Below, one piece after another: positions 42,038 through 56,800 of a stretch of DNA of 64,000 nt; the stretch's first letter is position 1, and each line of letters begins with the position of its first letter. This DNA comes from Eledone cirrhosa (lineage: Eukaryota): positions 43,834,001 to 43,898,000 of the forward strand of contig OZ024740.1 in the NCBI GenBank assembly GCA_964016885.1. The letters run 5' to 3'. The notes beneath the pieces are model-generated. The model worked only from the letters and a program-made list of their open reading frames with translations, ran no database searches and was not told where the DNA came from. Both the position numbers and the translations under genes were made by a program.

Positions 42038-44480
42038 ATGGAAAAACAATATTTGGGAACCTCTTTAAAAAACATACCAATATCTTCTAAGGATGACTTC
42101 TTACTCCTTATGATTCAAAAAACTAATAATTTTATCAGAAGGGTTAGATGGAGAGCCTACCACTTCGATAAAAAATCTAAACAAGCAGATCGGAAATATA
42201 TGTATGATTTCAATACTTACAAGAATCCACCACACAACTTTTTACTTGAAGACTTCGAGAAAGACCTTTTTAATTTAATTAAACACCTCAAATTTAAAAA
42301 GTATAAATCCGTCTTTCAAAAGGACCTTGATTCTACCCTATTGGACCTAAAAAAGTCTAAAAAAATCCATGTCCACTCGGACAAAACTGGTAACTTGTAT
42401 CATATGGATATTGAACATTATAATGAGTTCATATATAAAGAACTCAGAAAAAATTATAAAAAATCTAATAATGCGTCACTCACCAACATCAACAACAAAA
42501 CACACAACATAGTAAAAAAACTAAACATTGAAGATAGAACTGAACCTTTGGCATTGAAAAGACCACACTTCAACCTGAAGGATCATAAATCAAACTTTAA
42601 CTCAAATCCTTCTATTAGACTTATATGTCCCTCCAAATCAGATATTGGAATAATTAGCAAAAAAATTTTGGATAGAGTCATCCCACAAATAAGAAAACAC
42701 GTTATTTTACCACTCTGGGAAAACACCTCCCAGGTAATTAACTGGTTTAAAAATATTAGATGTAAATCTTCTGCTTCATTTCTACAATTTGATATAGATA
42801 ATTACTATTCTTCTATATCACCTATACTCCTGAACAAAGCATTGATATTTGCTAAAAATAGATCTAACTTAACTTTGGATGACATTAATATTATTACACA
42901 TGCTAGACTAACACTTATTGAATTTCAGAATGAATACTGGACCAGAAACACATATAGTAATCTATTTGATATTACTATGGGTTCAAGCGATTCCGCCCAA
43001 ATTACTGATCTTGTGGGCCTCTTTCTCCTTTTCAACATAAATGCCTCCTTTCCCCACCTCAAAGGTGGTTTATATCGTGATGACTGTCTTCTTCTTTCTA
43101 ACAACCTTAGCCTTTCAGAAATTGAAAAAAACAAAAAACATATTAGAACTTTCCTTAAAGACTATTATAATCTTCATATTACTTTTGAAAAAACAAGTAA
43201 AGTAGTAAATTTCCTAGATATAACTTTAGATTTAGCTACGGGTATCTACCAACCTTACCATAAACCAAACCAAAACTTACATTACATACACTCACAATCT
43301 AATCACCCTAAATCTATCCTTAAAAACCTTGCATATAATATATCACTTAGAATTTCTAACCTTTCTTCTAACCAAGATGTATTTGATAAAAATGCGACCT
43401 TCTATAACGAAGCTCTAGATAGAAGTGGCCACAAAAATAGATTAGAATATATACCTTCTACTAAAAATACTGAAAGCATACAACCTAATATTACCAACAA
43501 ACACCAAATGAAAAGTACACACCTAAATGCCACCCACACTATACCCCAAAATACCAAATCTTCTAATATAAAATATAGTAACTCTCAAAAAACTACTCAT
43601 CATACAACTCTAATAAATATTAATAATAAAACTCCTAATAAAAAGGATAAAACACCTAAATCTACAAATATAACTAAAAATGGTTGTGGTGAGATCATTA
43701 ACATTAATCCTCCTAGTAAACATCACGATACAACCTATAAAAATAATAAAAATAATAAACAACATAGAAACCGTAATAGACGGGTTACTTGGTATAATGC
43801 TCCATTTAATTTACAAATTAAGGATAATATTGCTAAAAAATTTTTTTATATCCTAGAGAAAAACTTCCCGCCAAACCACAAATACCATCAAATCTTAAAT
43901 AGGTCTACAGTTAAATTCTCATACTCTACAACAAATAACATAAAACAAAATATAAGTGCCTATAATGCATATAAATGTAAGAAAACCATAAGTATACCAC
44001 CAGTACATCAAATTAACCATAATATCTCCTCAAATACAGAATTAACGAAAGGTTGTAACTGTAGAAACAAAGCAAACTGCCCATTAAAAGGGAATTGTCT
44101 TGTTAACAACATAGTCTATAAATGTAATGTTAAAACTAAAGATTCTATTTGCTCATATATAGGAGCTACCTCTAACAATTTTAAGACAAGGTTTAATACC
44201 CACAAGCATAGTTTTAAAAATGCCGCACTGGCTAATACAACATCTCTAGCAGAAAAAAATCAATAGTTATAAAAATAAGAATATAGAATATGATTTGACC
44301 TGGAGTGTGCTCAAAAGAGCCACCCCTTATCAAAATAATAGAAATGAATGTAGATTATGTTCCCAAGAACTATTTGAAATAATGAAATCTAAGGATATCC
44401 TATTAAATAAACGACAGGAATTAATTATATCGTGTAATCATAAACTAAAAAAAACATTTAAATATTATAAACCTAATTAA
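42038..44480 (+). CDS. PLE RT plus C-terminal GIY-YIG endonuclease, about 813 aa if one A is removed from the A7 run near 44253-44259
   Basis: SLKNIP, RVRWRA, SDKTGNLY, LKDHK, FDIDNYYSSI, GGLYRDD, FLDITLDL, WYNAPF, CNCx5CPLxGxC, VYKC..YIGAT..FKTRF..H, CRLC..E, LLNKR..SCNH. Confidence 0.9.
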
Positions 44481-44968
44481 TAACATTATTTTAGAAATTA
44501 ATTTAATTTAAATGTTAGTTAACCTATAAATTTAATTTAATTAAAATTCTATTACAGATGGGAATATAAAATATTGTGTAATCATAAATTGTGAAAAACC
44601 TTTAAATATTACTAATATATACTTAGTAATTTAATTTATAGATTAATTTTAATTTATTTAAACCTTTTATTAAAATTCCTTTACAGATAAAATATAACAA
44701 AATATCGTGTATCCAATGACAGAGAAATAATTTTTAGTATTATAGACCTAATTAATATACATTTTAGAAATATATTTATAATTTGGTTTTAAATTTAGTC
44801 AACCTAAAAATTTAATTTAATTGGCTTAAAATTAGTATCCTTATACAGACGGATTGCAGAATGTCATGTAATCATAGAATGGGATGTGTTTTGGATATAT
44901 ACCTAGTTAATATATTCTTTGCAATTTTTGAAAAAATATGTATATGTATGTATGTATATGTATGTGTA

Positions 44969-45011
<43 letters not shown>

Positions 45012-46052
45012 ATGTATATATATATGTGTATGTATATGTATATGTATATGTATTAATTTTGATTTCTATTTGCATATAATTATATTCTGCTATTGATAAA
45101 ATACAATATCTGTTTTATTTATTATATACCTAATTAACATATACTATAGAAATTAATATATAATTTTTAATTTAGTTAACCTATAATTTATATTCTACTA
45201 CCGATGTAATACTTTATTTGTTTTTTCCCTATTACTAAATTCATTTCCTAATATTGATACCATAACGTTATTAACTTTAATTTAGTTATACTATAATTAA
45301 TACTCTACTACTATTTAACTTCAAAATTCTGCTTCAAATATTATAAACCTAACTAATTTACACCTTAGAAATCAATATGTTAACTATCTTTAGTTTAGTT
45401 AACATATAATTAATGGTATACTTATTTATTTTGAAATGCATAAATTTTGCCTTATTTCTTGTATTTCCTAACACTGAAACTATGTAAAAACATACATTGG
45501 ATCCAGATACAGATAATATTCTATGTTTCTTGAAACATATATTTACTATAATCCCCTTCTCCAACCCCCCCCCTTTCCCCCATACTATTATCATCTGTGT
45601 TTGTAAGCGTGTATGTATGAATATATATGTAGGTAGGTGTATATATGTTTGGGTATTTATATCTGAATATAAAAATACATATATGCGCATGCAAATAAGA
45701 ATGTAAGATTGTGTGTATATATATGTGTGTATGTATATATATATGTGTATATATGCATGTGTATATATATGTGTATGTGTATGTGAGTATGTGTATATAT
45801 ATGTGTGTGTATGTATGTATGTATATATGTGTGTGTATATATATGTATGTCTCTCTATTTATATGTCTATCTTCGTATCTATGTGGGTATATGTGTTGTA
45901 TGTGCATGTATGCACATGTATGTGTTTACGTGTATATGTGTGTATGTGTATATATGTACGTGTGCGCACACACATATATATGTGAGTGTGTGTGTGTGTG
46001 TGTGTATATGTATATATATATATATCTATGTGTGTATATATGTCTATATTCG

Positions 46053-46097
<45 letters not shown>

Positions 46098-46315
46098 TAT
46101 TATTATAATATAACTTATGTGTATGTGTGTATATGTGAGGGTGTGTATATGTATATATATGTGTATATATATGTGTAAAAAAATATATATATGTATGTCT
46201 GTTTTTTGTGTGTGTGTATATATATGTATGTGTATATATATGTGTATGTGTGTGTTTGTATGTTTTGTATGTGTGTTTATGGTTGTATGTGTGTGTGGGT
46301 GTATATATATAAATG

Positions 46316-46354
<39 letters not shown>

Positions 46355-46681
46355 ATATATATCTCTATTAATGCGTGTATATATGTATATGTATATGCCT
46401 TTTTCTTTGTATGTCTGAGTTGTGTGAGGGTGTAGTGGTGTTTGTATGTATATACGCATATATGGATGCGTATGTATTTGTATATATGAGTATATGTAAG
46501 TGCGTATGTATGTATGAATATATATCTAATTCTATGTATGAGTATATATGTGTGTGTATGTATGTTGTGTGTGTATGTATGTATGTGTCTATGTGTGTAT
46601 ATATATGTATATATGTGTGTGTATGTATGTATGTATGTGTATGTATGTACATATATGTCTATGTATGTGTGTATGTATATG

Positions 46682-46746
<65 letters not shown>

Positions 46747-46936
46747 TTATTTTATATATATGTGTGTGTGTGTATGTGTGTGTGTGTATATATATCTTTA
46801 TATATGTGTATGTGTATGTTCGTGTAGGTGTATGTGTGTGTATGACTATATATGTATGTATGTATGTATGTATATATGTATATGTATGTGTGTGTACATG
46901 TATGTATGTGTATGTATGTATATGTGTGTATATGTG

Positions 46937-47001
<65 letters not shown>

Positions 47002-47278
47002 GTATCTCTATTTGTATATGTATATGTATATAGGTATATACCTTTTTCTTTGTATGTCTGAGTTGTGTGAGAGTGTAGTGGTGTTTGTATGTATATACCG
47101 ATATATGGATGCGTAAGTATTTGTGTGTATGTATGTATGTATATCTGTATGTATTTGCGTCTATATATAGGTATGTATGTGTATATCTGTATGTATATAA
47201 GTATGTATGTGTATGTATATGTGCGTGTATGTGTGTATATATATGTGTGTCTATTTAGTATGTGTGATTATATGTGTA

Positions 47279-47337
<59 letters not shown>

Positions 47338-47434
47338 GTATGTGTGTATATGTGTGTATGTGTATATATGTATATGTTTATATATGTGTGTGTATGTATG
47401 TTCTAAGTGTGGATGTGTGTATATGTATGTATGT

Positions 47435-47519
<85 letters not shown>

Positions 47520-48132
47520 CTTGATATATTTCTTTTTTCTTTTTTCTTTTTCTTTTCTTTCCTTTTTAATTTTTATTTTTTATTTTCTTAGTTTATAGAT
47601 ACATCTATAATAAGCAGTCTGCCCAAACCGTTGAATACTGACCTCTCCCCCCCTCCCACCTAATTTCTGTATCTTGATCTAAATGTGTGTGACAGTGTTT
47701 ATGTGAATGAATTAATATCCATGTGCTTATGATATTATATCCACATATATATATGTGAGTGGGGGTGTGTGTGTGTTTGTATGTTCGTAATTATGTGTAT
47801 GTTTATGCATATACGCGCGCGTGTGTGTGATTGTACGGATATGTGTGAGTATGAGAATATGTGTATACACTTATTTCATATTTATGTGTCTATACGCATC
47901 TTATCTGTGCATTATAAACTTACAGAGACATTAACCTTGAAATTTTGTATTTGCATCCATCCTTTTGGTGTGCGTATACATGTTGAGCATACATTTTTGT
48001 AAAATATGTGTAAGGGTAGTTACATGTATATACACACACCGAACTGCATAAAACCTTTTGTATTTTCATTGGTCAATTTTGTTCCCAAACGGACCTGAAA
48101 TTTTGAATTGTTGTTATTATCAATAAATATAT

Positions 48133-48286
48133 TTCATTATTTCTGAAGACGGCGTATATATGTGTTGGTATGTATATTTAATCTTGATAGTTTGTATAAT
48201 TTTGTATAATTTTGTACATAGATCTGTTGAATATGCATGCCAATTCTAACACATATATATCCTAGAAACGATCGTTAAATAATGAA
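48133..48286 (+). ncRNA. Type I hammerhead motif, family J
   Basis: Copy of 41534-41687, 6599 nt downstream. Confidence 0.82.
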
Positions 48287-48365
48287 CTTTTTTTGTTTAA
48301 TATAAGGAACTGTTTCATTGTTTTATTCATTATTTGTTTAATATTTTATATATATATATATATAT

Positions 48366-48446
<81 letters not shown>

Positions 48447-49768
48447 GAGAAGGAGAGGGAGAAAGATATACAATCATGGAGTGAGTTAGGGAGACAGGTA
48501 GACAACCCCTTTTAACTGAGAACTGTTTTCTAGTATGAATCTCCGATTCTGTTTTCTCTTCTATATTTGTCTTCCCTTGGTTCTACATATGAATTTTAGA
48601 AAGCGTTTGTGAGTTTATTCCTGTGACAGACGGACAAAGCGTCATGCAGTTATTATAATAAAAGGTCTACAAAATATAATAAAAGATCTACAAAATACGA
48701 TTTTTCCTTATTATGACATCATATGTTTAGCAATATTCGTTTGCATAATGAGAAAAAAAATTGAAAAATTAATCTCGATGTGAAGGAAATGTTTTGTAAT
48801 GATAATATTACAGTTGGAATTTTACGTGAAAATCTGCAGATGTTTAGAATTAATTATGGTTCAAAATCTTTGTATGGAGAATTGCATTTCTATGAAAAAT
48901 CATGGTTAGAATGGAAAAACACGGGTGAAGTTTGTGTCGGAACAACTCATTAAAAACATCTGTTATTCTTTTAATGGTCTTAACCATTGGACTGCGGCTA
49001 TGCTGGTGGGCACCAGCACCAGGGGATAGAGGTCGGTGGAGGATTAATGACTCATGTCAACTCCAGCGCATGTTTAAAAACTAGTATTTATTTCTTTTTA
49101 TAAATTTAAGACGCATAAAATGGGATTTATTTATAATATTCAACTATTTCTTTCGTTAATATCAATAACAAATATAGAAAATAAAGTATAAAGATCCCAT
49201 AACTCCTTGTGGAGTCATAGAGGCGCCGTAACACGGCGTGTCTGGGGCACTTTTAAACCTGGTGGAGCCCAACCCTCTCCAGGTCTGAATACAGCCGATT
49301 TTTTCTATAGAGGAAGAATCGACCCCAGTACTGGACTGGTACATTTTTTATCGACATCGAAAGGATGAAAAACAAAGTTGACCAGGGTGGGATTTGATCT
49401 CAGTGCGCGCATTGGGTTGGAACGCATTGGCGGACTGGCCAGGTTGCCAGGTTGCCCAATGGCAAGTGCGCCCCGGGGAGCTCACGGTAGCATAGCAAGA
49501 GCCTACAGTAGCATTGCAGGGCCCACTGAAATCTAAGAGAAAGAATAACATTTTTGAAAAAATGAATAAAACAATTAAACAAGGCATTTGGTCAACCAAT
49601 TCCCCAGGAAATTACTAGAATCCAAAATATACTATAGTGCAGATAGCTGGAATCAGTGGTTGTACATTCTACTAAATATAAAGCTTACTGTAATCATTTA
49701 TGCATGCAAACATACATATATAGACACAGACCCACAAGCATATATATATATTTATATAGTTATACACG

Positions 49769-50859
<1,091 letters not shown>

Positions 50860-50879
50860 AGTAAGTGTGAAAGACCAAA

Positions 50880-51096
50880 GGTCATTATTGAAAGTCTCTG
50901 GATTTTGCAAAATACATAATATATTTTACTGGAGAAGGTAAGATCATTTCCCGCAAAAATGTGATTGCACTGTTTTGTAATTATGTGTTTTTCGAAAATG
51001 TTATTTATTCATTATAAAAATTTAATTATAGCATTCTATATGTAATTGGACCCCCTTCATCTGGAGACCAATATTTTTAGACCTAGTCCGCCACTG
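50880..51096 (-). repeat. About 215-nt dispersed repeat, second copy at 54365-54585; possible DNA-transposon or MITE end
   Basis: Two diverged direct copies; minus-strand terminus CAGTGGCGGAC. Confidence 0.5.
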
Positions 51097-51128
<32 letters not shown>

Positions 51129-51141
51129 GGAAAAGGTATGA

Positions 51142-51235
51142 CCCCGACGGCAGACCTCTAGCCGTTACGACGGCTATTTCAGGACTAAATTAGAATTTTT
51201 AGCCTGGTAAATAAATAGCCGAACTTATCAAGGGG
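51142..51235 (-). ncRNA. Type I hammerhead motif, family L (GAAA>GTAA)
   Basis: Minus strand CCCC-TTGATAA-long stem II-GTAA-CGGC.tagaggtct.GCCG-TC-GGGG. Confidence 0.65.
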
Positions 51236-51603
51236 AATTTCCTTATATGAGAAGATTGTAATTGTCAAGAGGATTGGTCAAATTTTGTTGTAAAAACAAG
51301 TAGATCTGTCATGGCATTTGGTGGGAGGTAGGGGGGGGGGTCTGAACTTGCCGGTAGAACAAAGAAGGAGCGAGTAAAGCCAGTTAGGCGTTGAAAGTGA
51401 AATCTATACAACAGATTCTAAGGATAGTGTATGAACGAAAGTTTGGGGGAAAAGAAGGAGGGTAGTATAAAGAAGTCGAAGACAATGAAAGTCGAAGACA
51501 ATGGCAAATAAAGAAAAATATATATATATAAAAAAATTATATATTGAGAAATGAAAGGAAAAAAACAAATACAGTAGAATCTAGAAACAGCTGCAATAAT
51601 TAT

Positions 51604-52759
51604 CTTATAGGATTATTCCTACTATTTAAACTCACCGAAATGTTTCATGCATTCGGCGGCGGATTGTACCGAGATGATGGGCTCCTCACCTTCAAAGGGT
51701 ACAACCCCAGTAGTATAGGCCAGGTCCGTAAACAACTAATCAGCTTCTTCCGGGACTGGGGATTTAAAATCACCCTACAAACGTCACTAACCCGAGTAAA
51801 TTTCCTGGATGTTACCCTTAACCTCGAAAATGATCTGTACTACCCATACAGAAAACCAAACGACAACCTGCACTACATCCAACGCCGCTCTAACCATCCT
51901 AGAAACCTCACCAATAACCGGGTTAAAAACATCTCCCTCCGCATATCTCGTTTGTCCACTAATGCGCCTCATTACAACCAGGCCCTCAAGCGGAGTGGCT
52001 TCCGGGAGGAAATATCCTTTTATCCAGCTTCTCTTAGCGGAACTAGCAGGCGACACCACCGTTCACGCAACGTAACGTGGTTTAATCCTCCCCACAATGC
52101 CGAGGTGGCAACACCTATCGGGAAAAATCTTCTTTAGGCTCCTCGAAAAACACTTCCCACTACAACACCGCTACCGCAACATAATCAACAAAAACACCAT
52201 CAAACTCTCCTACAGCGCCACAGCTAACTTCGCACAAAACATCGTCTCCTCAAACAACAAAAAACTCAACCCCTTTGGAAGAAATAACCTAGACATCAGT
52301 GGAGAGCTGACCAGGAGGTGTAATTGTCCTGATAGATCCATGTGCCCCCTCAACAACAGATGCCGAGAACGGAACGTGATCTACAAGTGCAACGTGAGGA
52401 CGGACACCTCCAACAAAGCTTATATAGGATTAACCGCTTGTGACTTCAAGACCCGGCTCTACCAACACCGACATACTTTCCAAAACCCGGTCCGGCGACA
52501 TGCCACTACACTTTCGGGCCACATCTGGGACTTCCAAGATAATAATATAACCTACAATCTCACTTGGAGCTTACTGTCCAGAGCTAACTCTTACACAGGA
52601 GGACGCCGTCTGTGTAACTTATGCTCGGAGGAAACATTACAAATGCCGTTTTCGAAGGACCAACTCCTAAACAAGAGAGACGGCCTGGTAACCGCATGCA
52701 AACACAGATTGCGTAGGACTTACCTCACACTCAAACCCCATAACGACCCGGGTGGATAG
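51604..52759 (+). pseudogene. PLE RT C-half plus GIY-YIG (frameshift near 52125)
   Basis: GGLYRDDGL, FLDVTLNL, SNHP, WFNPP, CNCx5CPLxxxC, IYKC..YIGLT..FKTR..H, CNLC..E, CKH. Confidence 0.92.
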
Positions 52760-53470
52760 ACAAGGGCTGATACTCCCCACTTGCCGAATAAGTTAGGGAA
52801 AACCCCTGCTTACATAGGTAAAAGTACCTCTTTTCTTTTCCTCTATGTGTCCTTCTTCCCCCGTCTCTTTCTATCACTTCCTCCACCCCCGATCTTCTTC
52901 CCCGTCTGTCTTTCCTCTTTCGCCTACCCCGATGCAGCCTATCGGTCCTCTGTAGCCTAAGTACCCCCACCTCTGTAAATTTTAAGATAGAATTGGCTGA
53001 TTACGCTTTTCCAACTTTTATAGCAGATGTGATAGACCCCAGTAATATCTTTTTTCGTTACTACACCATTTCTACTATTTCTATATTTCTTATTTAGTAT
53101 TTTCTCCTCTCTAATTATTAACCTGTATTTGTAAGATAGCATCGGCCGATTACCCTTCACTTACTAATTATAGCGGCTGTGATTGACCCCTTGAAAAGTT
53201 TGCATTATATTTTTCACGACCCATTTTTACTTTCTCTTATTTAGTATCTTACACTCTCTACTTATTAAACTTTTCTATAGCTTCGCCGTTTGAATCTGTT
53301 GTACAGATTTCCCTTTCAACGCCTGACTGACTTTACTCACTCGTTCTTCGTTCTACCGTCAAGTTCAGCCAACCCTACCTCCCACCAGTTGCCATGACAG
53401 ATCTACTTGTCTTTACAACACAATTTGACCAATCCTCTTGACAATTACAATCTTCCCATATAAGGAAATT

Positions 53471-53564
53471 CCCCTTGATAAATTCGGCTATGTATTTACC
53501 AGGCTAAAAATTCTAATTTAGTCCTGAAATAGCCGTCGAAACAACTTGAGGTCTGCCGTCGGGG
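53471..53564 (+). ncRNA. Type I hammerhead motif, family L (stem III mutated)
   Basis: CCCC-TTGATAA-..CGGCTA...TAGCCG..-GAAA-CAAC...GCCG-TC-GGGG. Confidence 0.65.
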
Positions 53565-53656
53565 TCATACCTTTTCCTATCACCCACTCTACTACCCTAA
53601 GTATCGAGTACTATGGTGCGTTATGGTCCACCTGGTTCCTGACCACAATTCTCTCG

Positions 53657-53688
<32 letters not shown>

Positions 53689-54948
53689 ACATAATGCCAA
53701 TCAGTTAAGTTTGAATCTAACTGACATGCAATAACATACATATAGGAATAAGGTAAGCCCAAATCATAGTATATTTAAATATCACACAGATTAGAGAGAG
53801 AGAGAGGAGGGAGAAATGAGGTGCAACATAAATGAAACATGGATTACAAGTTAAAATGTAGTCTAGATAGATGAGAAACAAAACGAGGATGTAGTTTATG
53901 GAACACCCAAATGATTTATAAGTCGACCTTAAGTAGGAGCAATAACATTAAGAAAGACATGAACGACACCACAAGACTGTGTTTTGAAAATTTTGAAAGT
54001 AGTTTATAAGTATGAATTTTCATATGATTTTCATAGTTGTCTCTGTGGCCTATCGCTAGGTACTAGAGACAGTGGAGACCCTGGCCTTGAGTTCAATCCT
54101 GGTACATGTAATGTTTTTTAGTTTTTATTTCACAACCCATGGAAAAAACTGAAAAGGTTTACTGAGAAACCTACTCCCGACCAGGATCGAACTTCAAACC
54201 AGGATCACCACCGTCTATGATTCCTCCAAGTAGGACACCGAGACAGCTACAAAAGTATAATGAAAATTGATAGTTATAAACCTACTTTAAAAATCAAAGT
54301 TAATAAGATGTGGTGTCGTTCATGGCTTTCCTAGAGCTATTAGTAATATTTAGCGTCGAACTCTGGTCATTATTGAAACTCCCTGGATTTCGCAAAATAC
54401 ATAATATATTTTATTGGAGAAGGTAAGATATTTTTCCGCAAAAATTTGATTGCACTGTTTTGTTTCCACTTATGTATTTTTCGAAAATGTTATTTATTCA
54501 TTATAAAATTATATGATAGCATTCTATATATAGGCGGACCCCCTTCATCTCCTGGCATCCAACATTTTTAAACCCAGTCCGCCACATGTGGGACGTATAC
54601 TGTAAAGCATTCTATCCACATTCTATCGCTGTAAATAATTACTAAAAAGTTAAATAGGTATGCACAATATTATCATTGAAATGGTAAATTTGTTTTAAGG
54701 CAGCATATTAGCAGAGTCGCTAGGGTGTCAGATTAAAACACCCTGGTATTTTCCGGTGCACTGAGTTCAAAACTCACGGAGGGATTTGTTCTTCCTCTTT
54801 TTTTCTCTCCCTCAGTCAATAGAAGGCATCGGCAGACTTCTGACTTGGTAATGATAGCTTGGTCATAAATTTATTTCATGACCCCCACAATCATTTTTAT
54901 TTCATATTTTGATGTTTCCTGCTTGTTTCCATTATTAAGATTAATATA

Positions 54949-55140
54949 GAGGGCGGTGGATTGGCAGTATCGGTAGAGGGTCGGACGCCATGCTTTGACG
55001 CATAGAGTTACGGCTCTTGCCATTCTGAGTTAGAATCCCGCCGAAGTTAACTCTGCCTTTCATCCTTACGGGGTCAATAAAATAAAGTACCAGTAATGCA
55101 CTAGGTAATTGCTAGCCTTGTGCCAAAAGTAGAAACAATT
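54949..55140 (+). mobile_element. Full-length Nin/Deu-like SINE with 18-nt TSD
   Basis: ATTATTAAGATTAATATA at 54931-54948 and 55138-55155. Confidence 0.92.
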
Positions 55141-55479
55141 ATTAAGATTAATATAATTGACTTTTTCTTGTCATATTAAACAGATGTCAACGCTTGACTC
55201 ACTTCTCCGTACATACGGAAGTGGGGATGATTGGCAACTAATTAGGTGTACAATTGGATTTGTTATTTATCATAAGAAATATATTTGTTATTTATAATAT
55301 AAAACGCGTATTCCATCACATAGGACCCACAGCCAATCTCAAGCGCCACGTAAAAGTCAAACCAAACTTCAGTAACTACATATAACATCAGAATTATGGT
55401 CAAAATAAGAGCAAATATCATGCCCAGTCTGACCAGGTGGTCAGAATCGACTCTATTGGTCAATTCCATTTCTGATCAT

Positions 55480-56800
55480 ATTGGCTTGAAAGTTGTGCAT
55501 TGGAAGACACTGGTCTTCTGCCGACAAAAATGAAGCCCTCACTCTCTTCTTTTAGCCCAGAACTCCGCAGCTACTGATGGGTGAGAGCTTGATCTACATC
55601 AAGTTCTTTGCTACGGAGAACAAACTGCCCATGCAGTGGTTTTTTATGCCATTTAGTGCACAGTCTTTGTTAACCTTCATGTTTTGCAAACACTTTGATA
55701 TTCTTTGGTGTTTTAATTGCAGAATCGCCATTATTTTCATATTGTCTTCCCAATTCTTCCTCAATATTCCTACATTCCTTTGTGACTGAATGTAACTTCT
55801 TTTTCCTTTCGTGATCTGTGATTATTTTTATCATCCAATCATCTGTAGTTTTAAGGCACTGATTGAGTGCAATGGTCGATATCATGTATGAAACTTCTAC
55901 CTCCATTTTATCTAGGGAAATAGAGGCCATCCACATCTGCTTTTTGGTAATGTATTCTATCACAAGTCAACGGTTTCCTGAATTTGACGTCCATTCTCTT
56001 AATACGTTAACTTTCCAATGTATAATATTGAAACTGTAGGTGACAACTGGGATTGCAAGCACATTTATGGCAAATAATTGATTTCTCGATTTAAGCTCCG
56101 TTTTCATGACAGCAAGTACTCTCCGGTAGCATTCCTTCCTGATTTTTCTTTCATGCTGGCGTGGTGAATACCTATACCTTCATTGATCCCTAGATATATG
56201 CAGGCTTGTTCTTGCTCTAGTTCCCTAATTACTGTATTCACATCTATTTCCATTGAGTTTGTGCTTGTCATTCTGCCTTTCTTGAACCCTGATTTGGTGA
56301 TTTTTTCAGTCAAACTCCATCCCCCACATCATCGATGAACACCTTGACTGTCTTCAGCAGTCCTTCCAATTCGTTATCATTTTTGTCATACAGCTTCAAA
56401 TAATCTATATAAAACAGGTGATTTATGGTTTTGTTATCTCCTTTGCAGCCATCTTTTGTTTTGCTGAGCACTAAAGTCAGCGGTGTGAGTATATTGAAAA
56501 GTATCAGAGGAGAAAACGAATCACCTTTAAACACGGTTAATACTTTTGCTGCTGGAATTCAGTTCGATCACTGTGTGACAATAATAGGTTTGTATTCCCT
56601 ATAGACATATTTATTTCAGGAAGTTTGATATTACTGGGGGAATTTTCAGAACTTACAAAATTCCTAAAATCCATGTGTGGGGAACATTGTCAAATGATTT
56701 CTTATAGTCAATTCAAGCAGTACTCAGATGTCTATACATTTTATGACAGTTTTCCAGAATCGTGCGGTTAATGAGAAGGTGCTCTTTGCACATCTAAGAC
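55480..56800 (-). pseudogene. Degenerate RT of an R4/Dong-like non-LTR element
   Basis: FKGDSFSPL, INHLFYIDYLKLY (decayed HLxYMDDLKLY), YLGINE, AINVLAIPVVTYSF. Confidence 0.7.

Larger units (their letters stand above)
35661..48349 (+). mobile_element. Near-intact 12.7-kb PLE (Naiad-like): inverted pLTR, partial pLTR, ORF, pLTR
   Basis: 35661-39249 inverted copy; 39255-41886 direct partial copy; 44851-48349 3' copy; all near-identical; (TA)n at both ends. Confidence 0.95.
51128..53658 (+). mobile_element. 5'-truncated PLE (Naiad-like) with inverted pLTR
   Basis: 51128-51418 is a diverged reverse complement of 53292-53578; ORF remnant between; (TA)n flanks. Confidence 0.9.
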
